Of a DNA stretch of 49,124 bases, positions 36,393 to 46,676 are shown one piece after another. Below the pieces are notes generated by a model, which searched no databases, was not told the DNA's origin, and saw only the letters and a list, made by a program, of their open reading frames with translations. A program made the translations under genes and the position numbers. Origin of the DNA: Candidatus Nitrosopolaris sp. (lineage in GTDB: Archaea > Thermoproteota > Nitrososphaeria > Nitrososphaerales > Nitrososphaeraceae). The stretch spans positions 1 to 49,124 of the forward strand of contig DATDLD010000098.1 of assembly GCA_036519475.1 (NCBI GenBank), read 5' to 3'. Numbering within the stretch: position 1 is the first letter of the stretch; every line of letters starts with the position of its first letter.

Positions 36393-36636
36393 AACACGGA
36401 TACGAATATCGGTCAAAACCAATAAGCATAGGTCAAGACGTATAGCAAGAGCAATTTATTATGCTTTAAACTCTGACACGCAGTCTAATTCGACGGACTT
36501 AAGATTGGATACGAACGCTAACAATATACCTTCTGTGTTGATAAATTTTGGTAGTAATAATTTATCATTATTTAGAGCGACCATTAATTCTTATTTAAGA
36601 TTAGCTGATGTTGCGTACAAATGCTTGAAGGTTTAG
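36367..36636 (+). CDS. pcc1: KEOPS subunit Pcc1-like protein
   Basis: Track ORF 36286..36636 re-started at the in-frame ATG at 36367. C-terminal LFRATINSYLRLADVAYKCL matches the Pcc1/CTAG LRAxxNSxLR motif. The position after L37Ae is typical. Confidence 0.5.
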   Translation: MTLICKSCRTRIRISVKTNKHRSRRIARAIYYALNSDTQSNSTDLRLDTNANNIPSVLINFGSNNLSLFRATINSYLRLADVAYKCLKV

Positions 36637-36679
36637 CGCTATGATTTTATGCTGGTAATTTGTATCACAGGTAATAACA

Positions 36680-37066
36680 ATGAGTGAACAAGAACTTCCA
36701 CCATGGCTTAAGGAACAAATTTCACGCTTGCAACAGCTTCAGCAGAATTTACAGGCAATTATGATGCAAAAGCAGCAAGTGGAACTCGAGATGGCGGAGA
36801 TAGAGAGAGCGCTCGAGGAACTAAAGAAGACGGGAGAAGATGAACTAATATACAAGAGCGCTGGTCCTCTCTTAATCAAGGCCAAGAAGACAGAGATTAC
36901 TAAGGAACTTGAAGAAAAGAAAGAACTTGCAAATACTAGAATTATTGTTCTTGGAAAACAGGAGACAAGGGTAAAAGAAAACTTAAAGGAAGTAGAAAAT
37001 AAGATTAACCAAATGATTAGGGGCGTGCAGGGAAATGTCGAACCAAAATCAAATACTAGTCCATGA
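36680..37066 (+). CDS. pfdB: prefoldin beta subunit
   Basis: Two coiled-coil arms around a central beta hairpin (LIYKSAGPLLIK). 128 aa. Superoperon context. Confidence 0.8.
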   Translation: MSEQELPPWLKEQISRLQQLQQNLQAIMMQKQQVELEMAEIERALEELKKTGEDELIYKSAGPLLIKAKKTEITKELEEKKELANTRIIVLGKQETRVKENLKEVENKINQMIRGVQGNVEPKSNTSP

Positions 37067-37196
37067 CATTAACAAACTATCTTTTTTGATCTTATAAATT
37101 TAGAAAAGATCTCCTGATTTAAATACCATTTATCATTAGGACAAACGGGAATGATGAAGAGCTTATATACATTAGTCGTTCCTAATAAATCGATAC

Positions 37197-37937
37197 GTGC
37201 AGGTAAGAATTGTAATAGATGAGAGAGAACGAAGTAGCAAAATTCCAAATCTTCTTCGCCAAATGGGGATAACAATCGATTTCGCGTCTTTGGCAGTTGG
37301 TGATTATATTGTATCACCTGAAACAGCAATAGAACGAAAAACAATTAACGACTTACTTGCTTCTATATACGACGGGAGACTATACGTCCAGTGTTCAGAT
37401 CTTATACAGCATTATTCTAGGCCAGTAGTAGTAATCGAAGGAAATATCCGTGACCTTGAGGATCTACACAATATACGGGATGATGACCAATTTAGAATTG
37501 TGTTAGATAGAATTCAGATATCATACGATGCCTTAGCAAAGATAGCATTGGATTTCAGAATTCCGATTATACATAGCCCATCCGCAGAATACTCTTCCAG
37601 GCTCCTTTTGACTATGGCAAGGAGATCCATGGAAGAAGGACATAGTATTGGTCCTTTCTTGAAGAAGATTAAGAAGAAAAATCCGCTATACCTTCAACAG
37701 TTATTCGTACTATCTTCATTGCCTAGTATTGGCAATAAATTGGCGGCAAGGATGCTTAAGAAGTTTAACACGCCTCAACGGGCACTTAATGCATCGATCG
37801 CAGAACTTGCTAGCATACAAGGTTTTGGCACTGCCCGCGCAGTTAGAGTGCGAAAAATTTTGGATTGTTCAGAAAATGATAAAATTGACTTACTGACCCA
37901 AAGAACACTCCTAGATGATCAGAATAGCTCTCAATGA
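37197..37937 (+). CDS. xpf: short archaeal XPF/ERCC4-family nuclease with HhH2
   Basis: VIDERE, GDYIVSPETAIERKTINDLLAS (ERK motif), C-terminal LPSIGNKLA...IQGFGTARA (two HhH). Confidence 0.8.
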   Translation: MQVRIVIDERERSSKIPNLLRQMGITIDFASLAVGDYIVSPETAIERKTINDLLASIYDGRLYVQCSDLIQHYSRPVVVIEGNIRDLEDLHNIRDDDQFRIVLDRIQISYDALAKIALDFRIPIIHSPSAEYSSRLLLTMARRSMEEGHSIGPFLKKIKKKNPLYLQQLFVLSSLPSIGNKLAARMLKKFNTPQRALNASIAELASIQGFGTARAVRVRKILDCSENDKIDLLTQRTLLDDQNSSQ

Positions 37938-38004
37938 ACTGATAGATTCAAGTTAGTTAACCCTTCCGGATTGATTCTGTCAACAATTATTTATTATTCC
38001 TCGT

Positions 38005-38322
38005 GTGCATTTTGCCCTTGGATCTCCAGTCATTAAGCAGACGTTTTCCACCTTTCGCGAAGTAAGTCGTATCAATAACTTAAATTGGATCCATTATGTT
38101 CACTCCATAATATTGATTATCAAGAATACTGACCCCTATAAGCTGAGGAAATGTATATCTTGTAAAAAAGATATTGCACTCAATGAAAAGTATTTTGTGT
38201 ATCCTTTGTCTCTACAACAGATCTGTCTAGTATGTGGGGAAAAAGAGATTCCTAGAATAATTGAAACTCTAGGGAAAGACCTTAAAAAAATAAAAGAGGT
38301 CAGAGAATCTTCTAGTGAGTAA
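38005..38322 (+). CDS. hypothetical protein with CxxC...CxxC
   Basis: 105-aa ORF with a GTG start. CISCKK...CLVCG. The start is uncertain. Confidence 0.3.
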   Translation: MHFALGSPVIKQTFSTFREVSRINNLNWIHYVHSIILIIKNTDPYKLRKCISCKKDIALNEKYFVYPLSLQQICLVCGEKEIPRIIETLGKDLKKIKEVRESSSE

Positions 38323-38327
38323 TAATT

Positions 38328-39251
38328 TTGGTGACTGATTCTTCTTCATTCTTCAACCCAGAAATAAGTATTAACAGTGGTCAGATGTTTCAGTGGCATA
38401 AAATCAATGACAGTTGGTACGGTGTATATGGTGACCATATTCTAAAATTCTCTTTTCGAAAAAGGTCTAGTTATAGCGAATGTCATAGCCCTGAATATGG
38501 AGATTTCGAATTTTATTCATATCCTGAGATCGAGAAATGGGAAAGTAGATTATTCAGATTAGACGATGACATTGAAAAAATTTTGTCAGGATTTTCACAT
38601 GATGCTTTAGTATCAGAAGCAATAAGAGAATACCCAGGATTGCGTTTACTGAGACAAGAGCCACACCAGTGTATGTTCTCATTCGTGTGTGCTAATAATA
38701 CGAGTATAACTATGATCCGTAGAATGCTAACCAATCTTTCAAGGAAATTCGGGTCTAAGGTAATATATGATGGAAAAGAATTTTTTACGTTCCCTACAGC
38801 GAATACATTGCATAGAGCCACATTATCTGAAATCTGCACATGTGGTCTTGGATATAGATCAACGTCAATTAAAGCTCTTGCCAAAAGTCTTGTTAGAGAA
38901 GAATTGGATGTCAAGCATCTAATGCGGTTATCATATGAACATGCTAAGGAATACCTCATGGAAATACATGGTATAGGAAACAAAATTGCAGATTGCATAT
39001 TGCTATTCTCACTGGAAAAACTCGAAGCTTTCCCTATCGATATATGGATTACTAGAGCTCTTTTCAATTACTACGGATGGCTCAATCAAAACAAAGACAA
39101 TGAAACTATACGATATAACCGCGATAAGATCACTCCAAAGCAATACACGCAGATTTCAGAGACTATTAGAAAATATTTTGGAAAATATGCCGGCTACGCG
39201 CAACAGTTTCTGTTTTATCATATGCGAGAAGAAGTAGGTAGAGAGTGGTAA
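38328..39251 (+). CDS. ogg: 8-oxoguanine DNA glycosylase/AP lyase (Ogg1-like, HhH-GPD)
   Basis: INSGQMFQW N-terminal motif, HGIGNKIADCILLF (HhH with catalytic Lys), FPIDIWI (Asp). Confidence 0.75.
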   Translation: MVTDSSSFFNPEISINSGQMFQWHKINDSWYGVYGDHILKFSFRKRSSYSECHSPEYGDFEFYSYPEIEKWESRLFRLDDDIEKILSGFSHDALVSEAIREYPGLRLLRQEPHQCMFSFVCANNTSITMIRRMLTNLSRKFGSKVIYDGKEFFTFPTANTLHRATLSEICTCGLGYRSTSIKALAKSLVREELDVKHLMRLSYEHAKEYLMEIHGIGNKIADCILLFSLEKLEAFPIDIWITRALFNYYGWLNQNKDNETIRYNRDKITPKQYTQISETIRKYFGKYAGYAQQFLFYHMREEVGREW

Positions 39252-39700
39252 TACTTACAATTTGATCTAATGCTGAAAAGTGGACGACAGATACTAAATA
39301 AATCTTAATAGTAATGATATAGGCAAAGAATAGAAAAGAAAAATTGATGATCAAGATCAGCTTAATCCTGTTGCCTTTAGAGCCATCGAAAAAAGGGGCT
39401 TTGCCAAATAGGCGGGAAGTGATTTGAAAAATATCTTGGAAATACTAAAAATTATGAAATATGAGGGCCAAATCAAACATCTATCGAATATTTAAGGTAA
39501 ACCTTTTTTGCAACACAACTAAAATCTTATTTTCCAACTGATGTAATAAAACAATGGAATTAAAGGATAAAATCTAAAAAATGAAAACACAGGTTTTTGT
39601 ATTCCCATGCAAACGATCTAATAGGTAATCGCAGGTCATACGTCGGTCTACTGGTATCCCAAGGTAATTAGATTCAACGCTATTTATCGCATTAACAAGA

Positions 39701-40771
39701 TCATTCCGTAGAATTACTATCGCCAAAGATAAGTTTCATTTCTTCGAAAGATAATTTTTCTCCCTTTGAAAGCTTTTTAGCAGCAGCCTCCTTTAGCACG
39801 TTCCACCTCTCTTGATTCTCTCTACTTCGTTTTGCTCTCTCTTGAGCTGCTTCTATCCTAGTCTCTCGTGATATGTCGCTATCGTGTTGTCTTTTGTGCT
39901 TGGGTCCGCTTGCATGGAAGCGAGACTTCCTATATTGGATTGCGTTTAATTGAGTCTCCACCATTTCTAACTTCGCTCCTGCTTCTCTTACTGATCTGAT
40001 TATTTTTCTCCTATCTTCATAAAGGCTTTCTCGGAGGTTCAGCAAATTATCAAGATTCGTCTTTAACTTGCCAATATTCCTACCAAACTCAGATTTTTGA
40101 TCAAATAATCTATTCATCTTGCCTTTTAAAGTATCGTACTGCGAGGATTTATCCCTGTAATTGTCTTCTTTCCGATGCATTAATTTTAAGGCATGCAATT
40201 TAGTTGCAATCTCTTTAGACCTGGCTACCAACCTTCGCTCTTCATCTTTTGACAACTTCTTTGTTTGTATGTCATGCTCGATCTGCTCCAATGTTTTAGT
40301 CAAATTCGCGATGTCGTATCTATCCTTCCGTGATTTCTGAGCTGCAATGGACCCGGTCTTTGCGTCGACAGTCTTCATCTGATTCCTTGCCTCTATGACG
40401 CTGTTCTTCAGATCCACGAATTTGTCGTATTCAGCATCCTTCTGATCGTTAACTTCCTTTAACTTGATACGAAAATCCTCTAGTTGTGTCCTTTCCACAT
40501 CAATATGATTCTTAGTATCGTCGATTTTATCGTTTAATTCCTGAATCTTTTGTTCGCCAATCTTTTGCTCATCTAATAAGGCCTTCTTGAAGTCCAGAAG
40601 AATGTTAAGATTAGAATCCGCGGCGTTTTTGTTCTGAGTAGCCCCAGATTTGTTCTCTCTTTCTGCGGTAGTTGCTGTCGCCGTTGCTGAACTCCCACTT
40701 CCTTCACTATGCTGGTCTCGTACCAAGTCGCTTGGCAATTGTAATATGGTCAAAGATATATTTTTTCTCAT
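39701..40771 (-). CDS. long coiled-coil protein (archaeal COG1340-like)
   Basis: 356 aa, almost entirely heptad-like charged sequence. No catalytic motif. Confidence 0.55.
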   Translation of the reverse strand: MRKNISLTILQLPSDLVRDQHSEGSGSSATATATTAERENKSGATQNKNAADSNLNILLDFKKALLDEQKIGEQKIQELNDKIDDTKNHIDVERTQLEDFRIKLKEVNDQKDAEYDKFVDLKNSVIEARNQMKTVDAKTGSIAAQKSRKDRYDIANLTKTLEQIEHDIQTKKLSKDEERRLVARSKEIATKLHALKLMHRKEDNYRDKSSQYDTLKGKMNRLFDQKSEFGRNIGKLKTNLDNLLNLRESLYEDRRKIIRSVREAGAKLEMVETQLNAIQYRKSRFHASGPKHKRQHDSDISRETRIEAAQERAKRSRENQERWNVLKEAAAKKLSKGEKLSFEEMKLIFGDSNSTE

Positions 40772-40871
40772 TTTGGAGGGGTCTATAATCCAGAAAAGTG
40801 GATTCCGTTGTCCAATAAGGCCATGCTACATCTTTATATGAGATGACATTCTATAGATAATTTGATTATTC

Positions 40872-41267
40872 ATGGAGGATTTTGAAAAGGATTTTCCAGA
40901 TTTCGACTGGAAAAATACTCCTGCTTACAAGCATCCCAGTGGGAAAGATTGCCCATGTCCTAAGCACGAATATATTCGTGAGCAGATTAATATAGCTAAA
41001 ACAGTAAGTGATACCAATAGAGAGATCCATGTTGAACAGAGACAAAAAGCACAGGTTACTTTAAAATTCTGCCCGGACCATTATAGTGTGTATTTTGATG
41101 AGGTAATTCCGTCGATGCCATTTAAATATAAACTCATGACCAAGATTGCACTTAAAATTGGAGCTGTTGTAATTCAAAAAATACCCTATATGCAATCTGA
41201 TCAGTGCTTCTATTGCAAGTTCGGCTCAGGGGGCTTCGATAGGAAAAATGAATTGCCTCCTATTTGA
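40872..41267 (+). CDS. hypothetical Cys/His-containing protein
   Basis: 131-aa ORF. CPCPKH, CPDH and CFYC motifs. Confidence 0.4.
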   Translation: MEDFEKDFPDFDWKNTPAYKHPSGKDCPCPKHEYIREQINIAKTVSDTNREIHVEQRQKAQVTLKFCPDHYSVYFDEVIPSMPFKYKLMTKIALKIGAVVIQKIPYMQSDQCFYCKFGSGGFDRKNELPPI

Positions 41268-41268
41268 T

Positions 41269-41997
41269 CTAGCTTCGGATGGTCTGATGACTAGGATTAT
41301 TAATTATATTCTGTAACATTGCTGAATGATTTGAAGCAAAGCCTAACGAAAGAATATTTCGTAAAACTATTGACAAATACGGAAAAGAGCGTTTAGTTTC
41401 AGTTCTATAGCCCTCAAAGAAGGCCTTTTCAATTGCCTTATATTTAAGGGCCTCAAGATCCATAATGCTTGCTAGAAAGGATCCTATATCCATACTCTGA
41501 GAGAATACTGAATTTTTTCGTTCTATAAAACCTAAATCTGTTCTAACTAGACAATTATTCGGCTTTCGGAGATAATTTTGGGATTTGTTATCTGTAAAAA
41601 CATAACCACCATTATGCAATCTCCCTGTTAATATGCCCGCTTGGAAAGCTAGCGATAGATCATCGCTATCCAAAAACACCCTATAAAGATTTCCGCCTTC
41701 TACATATTCTTCGGTTATTCCTGTCGCTGAAATAGATATCAGTTTAGGGGTAGGAATTCCTAGCACTTCCAAGATCCTTCTTATGTCGAACCCTTCGTTT
41801 GTGGAAATCCTACCGATAAATGGGGGAGCAGTAGGATGCGCAACAAAAATCGATATTAACGTGTACGCGAATACTAAGAGAAATTCATGAAAACGTTTAG
41901 TTGTTTTATTCCTTTTGACAACTACCTTTCGACCACCGAGTATTTCAATAGATATATCTCTTTGCCAATTAATAAAATACAAAACCGCTGCATACAT
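41269..41997 (-). CDS. atypical protein-kinase-like protein (Bud32/RIO/Kdo-kinase-like)
   Basis: GRLHNGGYVFTDNKSQNYL (catalytic-loop-like D.K..N) followed by RTDLGF (DFG-like). N-terminal hydrophobic segment. Confidence 0.4.
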   Translation of the reverse strand: MYAAVLYFINWQRDISIEILGGRKVVVKRNKTTKRFHEFLLVFAYTLISIFVAHPTAPPFIGRISTNEGFDIRRILEVLGIPTPKLISISATGITEEYVEGGNLYRVFLDSDDLSLAFQAGILTGRLHNGGYVFTDNKSQNYLRKPNNCLVRTDLGFIERKNSVFSQSMDIGSFLASIMDLEALKYKAIEKAFFEGYRTETKRSFPYLSIVLRNILSLGFASNHSAMLQNIINNPSHQTIRS

Positions 41998-42051
41998 ATT
42001 ATCTAATTACCCGTATATGTTTTTTGAATCTATAATAATGCGTATTACAGT

Positions 42052-42741
42052 ATGATTCTATTGCAAAGGCATACGGGCCATGATAAAGCTAGACGATTCT
42101 TCACTCCCGATAACTCTTCTAGCTATGATTCTGTTGTACGGTTTACCACACTTGGCCGGGATTATGTATGGAAAAAGAAGATTATAGAGATGATAGAGAA
42201 AGAGACGTTGATCCTTGACCTAGCATGTGGAACAGGAATACTCTCATCACTCATCGCCTATAGTAATAATACTAGAAAGGTAGTAGGTCTAGATCTTATT
42301 TTTCCTTATCTGGAGTCTGTTAAAAAGAAAACTGATAAAATTTCTCTTATGAACGGTACAGCGGAAATATTACCCTACAAAAATAAATCATTTGGCTCTG
42401 TTGTTTCATCGTATCTTGCTAAATATGTCAATATTGAGATGGTTGTAGCTGAATGCTGGCGCGTTCTTGAAGATAATGGTACTGTAATTTTCCATGATTT
42501 TACTTTTCCACAGAATACTGTTATTCGCCATATGTGGAGAGCCTACTTTTTGATTTTGCGCTCAAGCGGCCTCTTGGTAAAAAATTGGGCGATCGTTTTC
42601 AGAGAGTTAGATCAAGTAATAATAAATAGCAAGTGGATAACAAATACCAGAGATGCATTAAAGCAAACGGGTTTCAGGGACATAAAGTGTACATACTACA
42701 ACCTAGGAATCTCTGCCATTATATCTGCTAGCAAGCCATGA
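42052..42741 (+). CDS. class I SAM-dependent methyltransferase, UbiE/MenG-like
   Basis: YDSVVRFTTLGRDYVWKKK (UbiE N-terminal motif) and ILDLACGTG (SAM motif I). Confidence 0.7.
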   Translation: MILLQRHTGHDKARRFFTPDNSSSYDSVVRFTTLGRDYVWKKKIIEMIEKETLILDLACGTGILSSLIAYSNNTRKVVGLDLIFPYLESVKKKTDKISLMNGTAEILPYKNKSFGSVVSSYLAKYVNIEMVVAECWRVLEDNGTVIFHDFTFPQNTVIRHMWRAYFLILRSSGLLVKNWAIVFRELDQVIINSKWITNTRDALKQTGFRDIKCTYYNLGISAIISASKP

Positions 42742-43448
42742 ATGAAGACGCTCGACTTAAGGAATGGTTTGTACCAAAATTTGGCCCCCTGAAATTTCGA
42801 ATTTTTGTAGGTTTGCTATTCCTACCTTATACTGGAATGTGTGTCTCCTATACTATAATAGGCTCAATGCTGTCACATGATTTGCACTGGGATAGGGTCG
42901 CTGCAATCGTCGTGATATACACATTGGCATTGGGAGTGTCTGCTCATGCAGCCGATAGCCTGGGGTCTAAACGTATTAAACCGTGGGGGACTTACTTTAA
43001 AAAACGCGACCTTGCGCTACTGATGGTCGTCAGTTTGTCAGCTTCTTATTTGATTGGAACTTATTATATAGTCTCTTACGTGCCATTGCTCTCGATTGTG
43101 GCTATTCTGGAAGGATTTTTTGTGTTTGCTTATAACTTTGAATTGTTAAAGGGTTTTTTTCATAAAAATTTTTGGTTTTCATTATCATGGGGAGTCCTGC
43201 CAGTTTTGGCTGGATACGTGATGCAGACTAATTCGATTGGAATCTTGTCCATATTAGTGTCTATTCTAGCAGGTTTTTTAAGCTATGTAGAGATCAAAAT
43301 CTCGCGGTCTTATAAGGAATTAAAAAGAAGCGACGCTGACGGAGAGGACGCAAGGAGACTAGAGACCATCCTCAAAACAATTAGCTTGAGTACTATAATC
43401 TCTGCCATAGTTATTATTATCTGCAGAATGAATTTTGATTTCTTATAA
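42738..43448 (+). CDS. polytopic membrane protein (about 7 TM)
   Basis: Start overlaps the methyltransferase stop (ATGA). Multiple hydrophobic helices. No clear UbiA Asp-rich motifs. Confidence 0.5.
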   Translation: MNEDARLKEWFVPKFGPLKFRIFVGLLFLPYTGMCVSYTIIGSMLSHDLHWDRVAAIVVIYTLALGVSAHAADSLGSKRIKPWGTYFKKRDLALLMVVSLSASYLIGTYYIVSYVPLLSIVAILEGFFVFAYNFELLKGFFHKNFWFSLSWGVLPVLAGYVMQTNSIGILSILVSILAGFLSYVEIKISRSYKELKRSDADGEDARRLETILKTISLSTIISAIVIIICRMNFDFL

Positions 43449-43474
43449 ATGAGTATACTTTATCGTAAGGTTAA

Positions 43475-43972
43475 ATGGCTGTGGTTGTTGTTCTAGCCCA
43501 TACAAATGATAACGTATCTCGTACAATATTACAATGCATTCACGAATTAGAAAGAAAGTCAGCTATCAAATTATCTCTGTCCAAGAGGGTATTTTTGGCC
43601 GAGCTTAATACCGTCGAACAACTAATGAGTATTCTGTCTAGGTCAGAAACTGAGATAAAAATTCTAAAACAAACTGAACAAGATAGTCTTATTGAGCGTC
43701 ACGTGATTATTATCAGCAAAAGAACGAATGACAAATTGGTTTATGCAAAATCTTATATTTTTCCTGAAAACCTGCCTCCAGGAATTGTTGACAAGATCAA
43801 AAGGAAGGACCAGGGGATAGGTAACATCATTGCTTCTTCGGAGCTTGAAACCTTCAGAAGACTTCTTAAAATCGGCTATGAACCAAAAACTAGAGCTGTA
43901 TTCAGAATATACGAAATCCTATGCAAAAAAAAAGTCGCAATGGAAATCAAAGAAACCTTCATGCTAAAATAA
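43475..43972 (+). CDS. chorismate-lyase-fold (DUF98/UbiC-like) protein
   Basis: RHVIIISK...VYAKSYIFPENLP...GIGNII...FRIYEI...EIKETF resembles the UbiC/DUF98 pattern. Call made by eye only. Confidence 0.4.
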   Translation: MAVVVVLAHTNDNVSRTILQCIHELERKSAIKLSLSKRVFLAELNTVEQLMSILSRSETEIKILKQTEQDSLIERHVIIISKRTNDKLVYAKSYIFPENLPPGIVDKIKRKDQGIGNIIASSELETFRRLLKIGYEPKTRAVFRIYEILCKKKVAMEIKETFMLK

Positions 43973-44001
43973 TAATCATGATTGTCAAACTTTGAAATAG
44001 A

Positions 44002-44075
44002 TGGACCGGGTGGGATTCGAACCCACGACCTCAGCAATGCCAATGCCGTATCCTACCAGGCTAGACGACCGGCCC
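44002..44075 (-). tRNA. tRNA-Ala (anticodon GGC), no encoded CCA
   Basis: Reverse complement is GGGCCGGTCGTCTAGCCTGGTAGGATACGGCATTGGCATTGCTGAGGTCGTGGGTTCGAATCCCACCCGGTCCA. 7-bp acceptor stem with G3:U70. Anticodon stem CGGCA/TGCTG with loop TTGGCAT. T-arm GTGGG-TTCGAAT-CCCAC. Confidence 0.9.
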
Positions 44076-44170
44076 TGGCGTATCTCAAAAGACTTGGCTC
44101 TCGATATTAATAGGTTTAACACAAATACACAATATTATAATTATCCTACTCTCTGTCAAGTATCGGTAGA

Positions 44171-44596
44171 GTGGCTCAGGAGCAATCTATAGGCGCAATA
44201 ATAAAATATCAATCATCTTTAGAAAATTTTGCGTCTCCTGAGTTTCTATTACTAAAAAATAGAAGAGGCTTCTGGGGTTTTCCACAAGGACATAAGGAAA
44301 GAGGAGAATCGGATATCGAGACCCTACGAAGGGAAGTATCAGAGGAGACAGGGATCGTATATCTCGATATTCAGTCGTATGTTGGGAAAATTCGTTACTC
44401 TTATTTTAAGGCAGATGGAATGAAATCAGAAAAGGAAGTTACCTTTTACTTTGCAACAACGTCAACTCGAGAGATCAAAATCTCAGAAGAACATGAGGGG
44501 TACAGATGGCATGCATTCCATGACGCTCTATCAATACTAGACCATAGACAGCTGAAATCTATTCTGCTTAAGGGTCACAGACGGGGTCTCTACTGA
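44171..44596 (+). CDS. NUDIX hydrolase
   Basis: Full Nudix box GHKERGESDIETLRREVSEETGI (Gx5Ex7REUxEExGU). Confidence 0.8.
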   Translation: MAQEQSIGAIIKYQSSLENFASPEFLLLKNRRGFWGFPQGHKERGESDIETLRREVSEETGIVYLDIQSYVGKIRYSYFKADGMKSEKEVTFYFATTSTREIKISEEHEGYRWHAFHDALSILDHRQLKSILLKGHRRGLY

Positions 44597-44615
44597 GCTG
44601 AGCAGGCTGCTTTAC

Positions 44616-46256
44616 TTGCTTCAACCATATCGCAATAGATTTATACTATTCCCTATTCGAACTATGAAGAGGATATGCAACATGGTATCCGGTAAACGCA
44701 TAGTACTGACAGCAGACCGAAGCCTCATGACAAATTACAGGGGTAACTTTCTATATGGCTTCATAGCTTGTGGGCCTTATGAGCTCGTGCCTGAATTTGT
44801 CTTTGACAAGCTCTTCTGTCCATCTGTTGAGACTGATAAAAGTACCGGCGAGGTTAAAGTAGCCCAGTGCGGCTTGAGGAGAATAGAAGGATCGCTGCTA
44901 AAGGAATACAAACATGAGGATATCTTTATCGCACATCCAGAGATGCTTAACAAATGTGTCGGTTCAGACACGAAAATTGTAGGGGTTAATGTGATGGACC
45001 CTTTGGGGATGGCTCCAGTCACAACTACTATGTCTCCGGAAAAATTGTCTTATGTTGCTATGAAGTTCAAGAAAATGTGTGCTTCTATAATACAATTGAA
45101 AAAGAAATATGATTTCAAGGTAGTAATAGGAGGAAATGGTGCCTGGGAATTGGCGAAACCAGACAGAATGAAAATTCACGGAATTGATACGGTTGTTATT
45201 GGAGAGGCTGATGAACTAGCCCTTGATTTATTCCATGACCTAGAAGCAGGTGATGTACCGGAATTACTCCATACCTATGTAAGGAACATCGAAAATATCC
45301 CCATGATACGAGGACCAACAATTAATTCGTTGATTGAAGCTATGCGAGGATGCGGAAGAGGATGTGATTTTTGTGACGTTAATAAACGCTCAAAAAAAGA
45401 CATACCTTTAGAGAGATTGCAAACAGAAGCCAAGATAAATTTGAAGTATGGATTTGATTCTATCTGGTTGCAATCGGATGAGATGCTTTTGTATGGATGC
45501 ACTAACAAGGACTTTGTTCCAAATGCAGAGGCTATTTTAGATTTGTGGGAAGGGCTAAAGGCAGTGGGTGCTAACTTCATAGGTACTACGCATATGACCC
45601 TGTCTGCTGTTGCCTCATCACCGGATCTTATCAAGAAACTTTCAGAAGTCAACAATATGGACAGTAATGGTCGGTGGCTCGCAACTAATTTGGGAATAGA
45701 AACCGTTGCACCAAGGATGGTCAAGAAGCACCTCGGAATAAAGACTAAGCCATATCAGCCTGAGGAATGGGGTGCAGTAGTGAGAGAAGGAGCTAAGATC
45801 CTTAACAAGAATCATTGGTTCCCAGCATTGACACTGATCATCGGTTGGCCGGATGAAACCCCGGACGAAACTCAATATACAATTGATCTCATCCAAGATT
45901 TTAGAGAAATGAATATGAGAGGTTTGCTTGCCCCATTGCTTTACCAAGACTTTTCAGAAAAGAATTCAATGCACTTTGGTAACCTCAATGAAGCACAGTT
46001 TACCTTATTCTGGAAGTGTTGGCAGCACAATCTTTGGGTAATCGATGACATCATTCCGATAATTATTAGAAATAAAACCTATGGTCCACCTATGAAGCTA
46101 TTTATGGCAGCCCTAATTAAAGCCGGGACGTGGGCGATAATGAGGTACTTAAGAGGATTGTCAAAAGATCTGTTCAACGGTCAAATTCCTGAAGATATTG
46201 TCGATAGGCATGCAAGGAAAAGATCGGCAACGGCCCCAGTACCAAGTCGTTTATAA
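44616..46256 (+). CDS. B12-binding-domain radical SAM protein
   Basis: N-terminal Rossmann-like domain (VVIGGNGAWE...VVIGEADE), then the CGRGCDFC (Cx3Cx2C) cluster. 546 aa. Confidence 0.8.
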   Translation: MLQPYRNRFILFPIRTMKRICNMVSGKRIVLTADRSLMTNYRGNFLYGFIACGPYELVPEFVFDKLFCPSVETDKSTGEVKVAQCGLRRIEGSLLKEYKHEDIFIAHPEMLNKCVGSDTKIVGVNVMDPLGMAPVTTTMSPEKLSYVAMKFKKMCASIIQLKKKYDFKVVIGGNGAWELAKPDRMKIHGIDTVVIGEADELALDLFHDLEAGDVPELLHTYVRNIENIPMIRGPTINSLIEAMRGCGRGCDFCDVNKRSKKDIPLERLQTEAKINLKYGFDSIWLQSDEMLLYGCTNKDFVPNAEAILDLWEGLKAVGANFIGTTHMTLSAVASSPDLIKKLSEVNNMDSNGRWLATNLGIETVAPRMVKKHLGIKTKPYQPEEWGAVVREGAKILNKNHWFPALTLIIGWPDETPDETQYTIDLIQDFREMNMRGLLAPLLYQDFSEKNSMHFGNLNEAQFTLFWKCWQHNLWVIDDIIPIIIRNKTYGPPMKLFMAALIKAGTWAIMRYLRGLSKDLFNGQIPEDIVDRHARKRSATAPVPSRL

Positions 46257-46281
46257 AATATAGCTATTAGTTTTTTATTAC

Positions 46282-46617
46282 TTATTTTTTAGATTCCAGA
46301 TGTGCTATTACATCGTCTGCTATAGTCGCGCTCTTTGGAGTTAAAATAATGAAGTAATTTTTGTCTGCTCGTTCAACAGACGGTACGGTCTTGTATTTCT
46401 TGGTAGCAACATCAAACTCAACCATGCCCGGGGTCATTTCGCCTTTAGTGTAGATCATCAATAATACATCACCAGATAAAGGTGTGAGTGGTACTATTGA
46501 GAATAAGTAGCCTTTGTATGAGCTAACAGGTAGAAGCTGTTTCATATATGGCGCAACTGATACAAGATAAAGAAATACATCCTCTATTGTATAAAATTCC
46601 TCAAATTCATATTTCAT
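46282..46617 (-). CDS. hypothetical protein
   Basis: 111-aa ORF between the radical SAM and FNR genes. No family recognised. Confidence 0.4.
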   Translation of the reverse strand: MKYEFEEFYTIEDVFLYLVSVAPYMKQLLPVSSYKGYLFSIVPLTPLSGDVLLMIYTKGEMTPGMVEFDVATKKYKTVPSVERADKNYFIILTPKSATIADDVIAHLESKK

Positions 46618-46676
46618 ATGCTCTTTCCAATTTACTCTGATATAAGGGTTTAAAAAAGCAAATTATGAAAAAAATA

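Noticed and set aside
44002-44075. tRNA-Ala as the attachment site of the mobile element
   Set aside because: The tRNA is complete and lies 32 kb from the integrase. It is flanked by housekeeping-type genes, and no partial tRNA duplicate was seen near either side.
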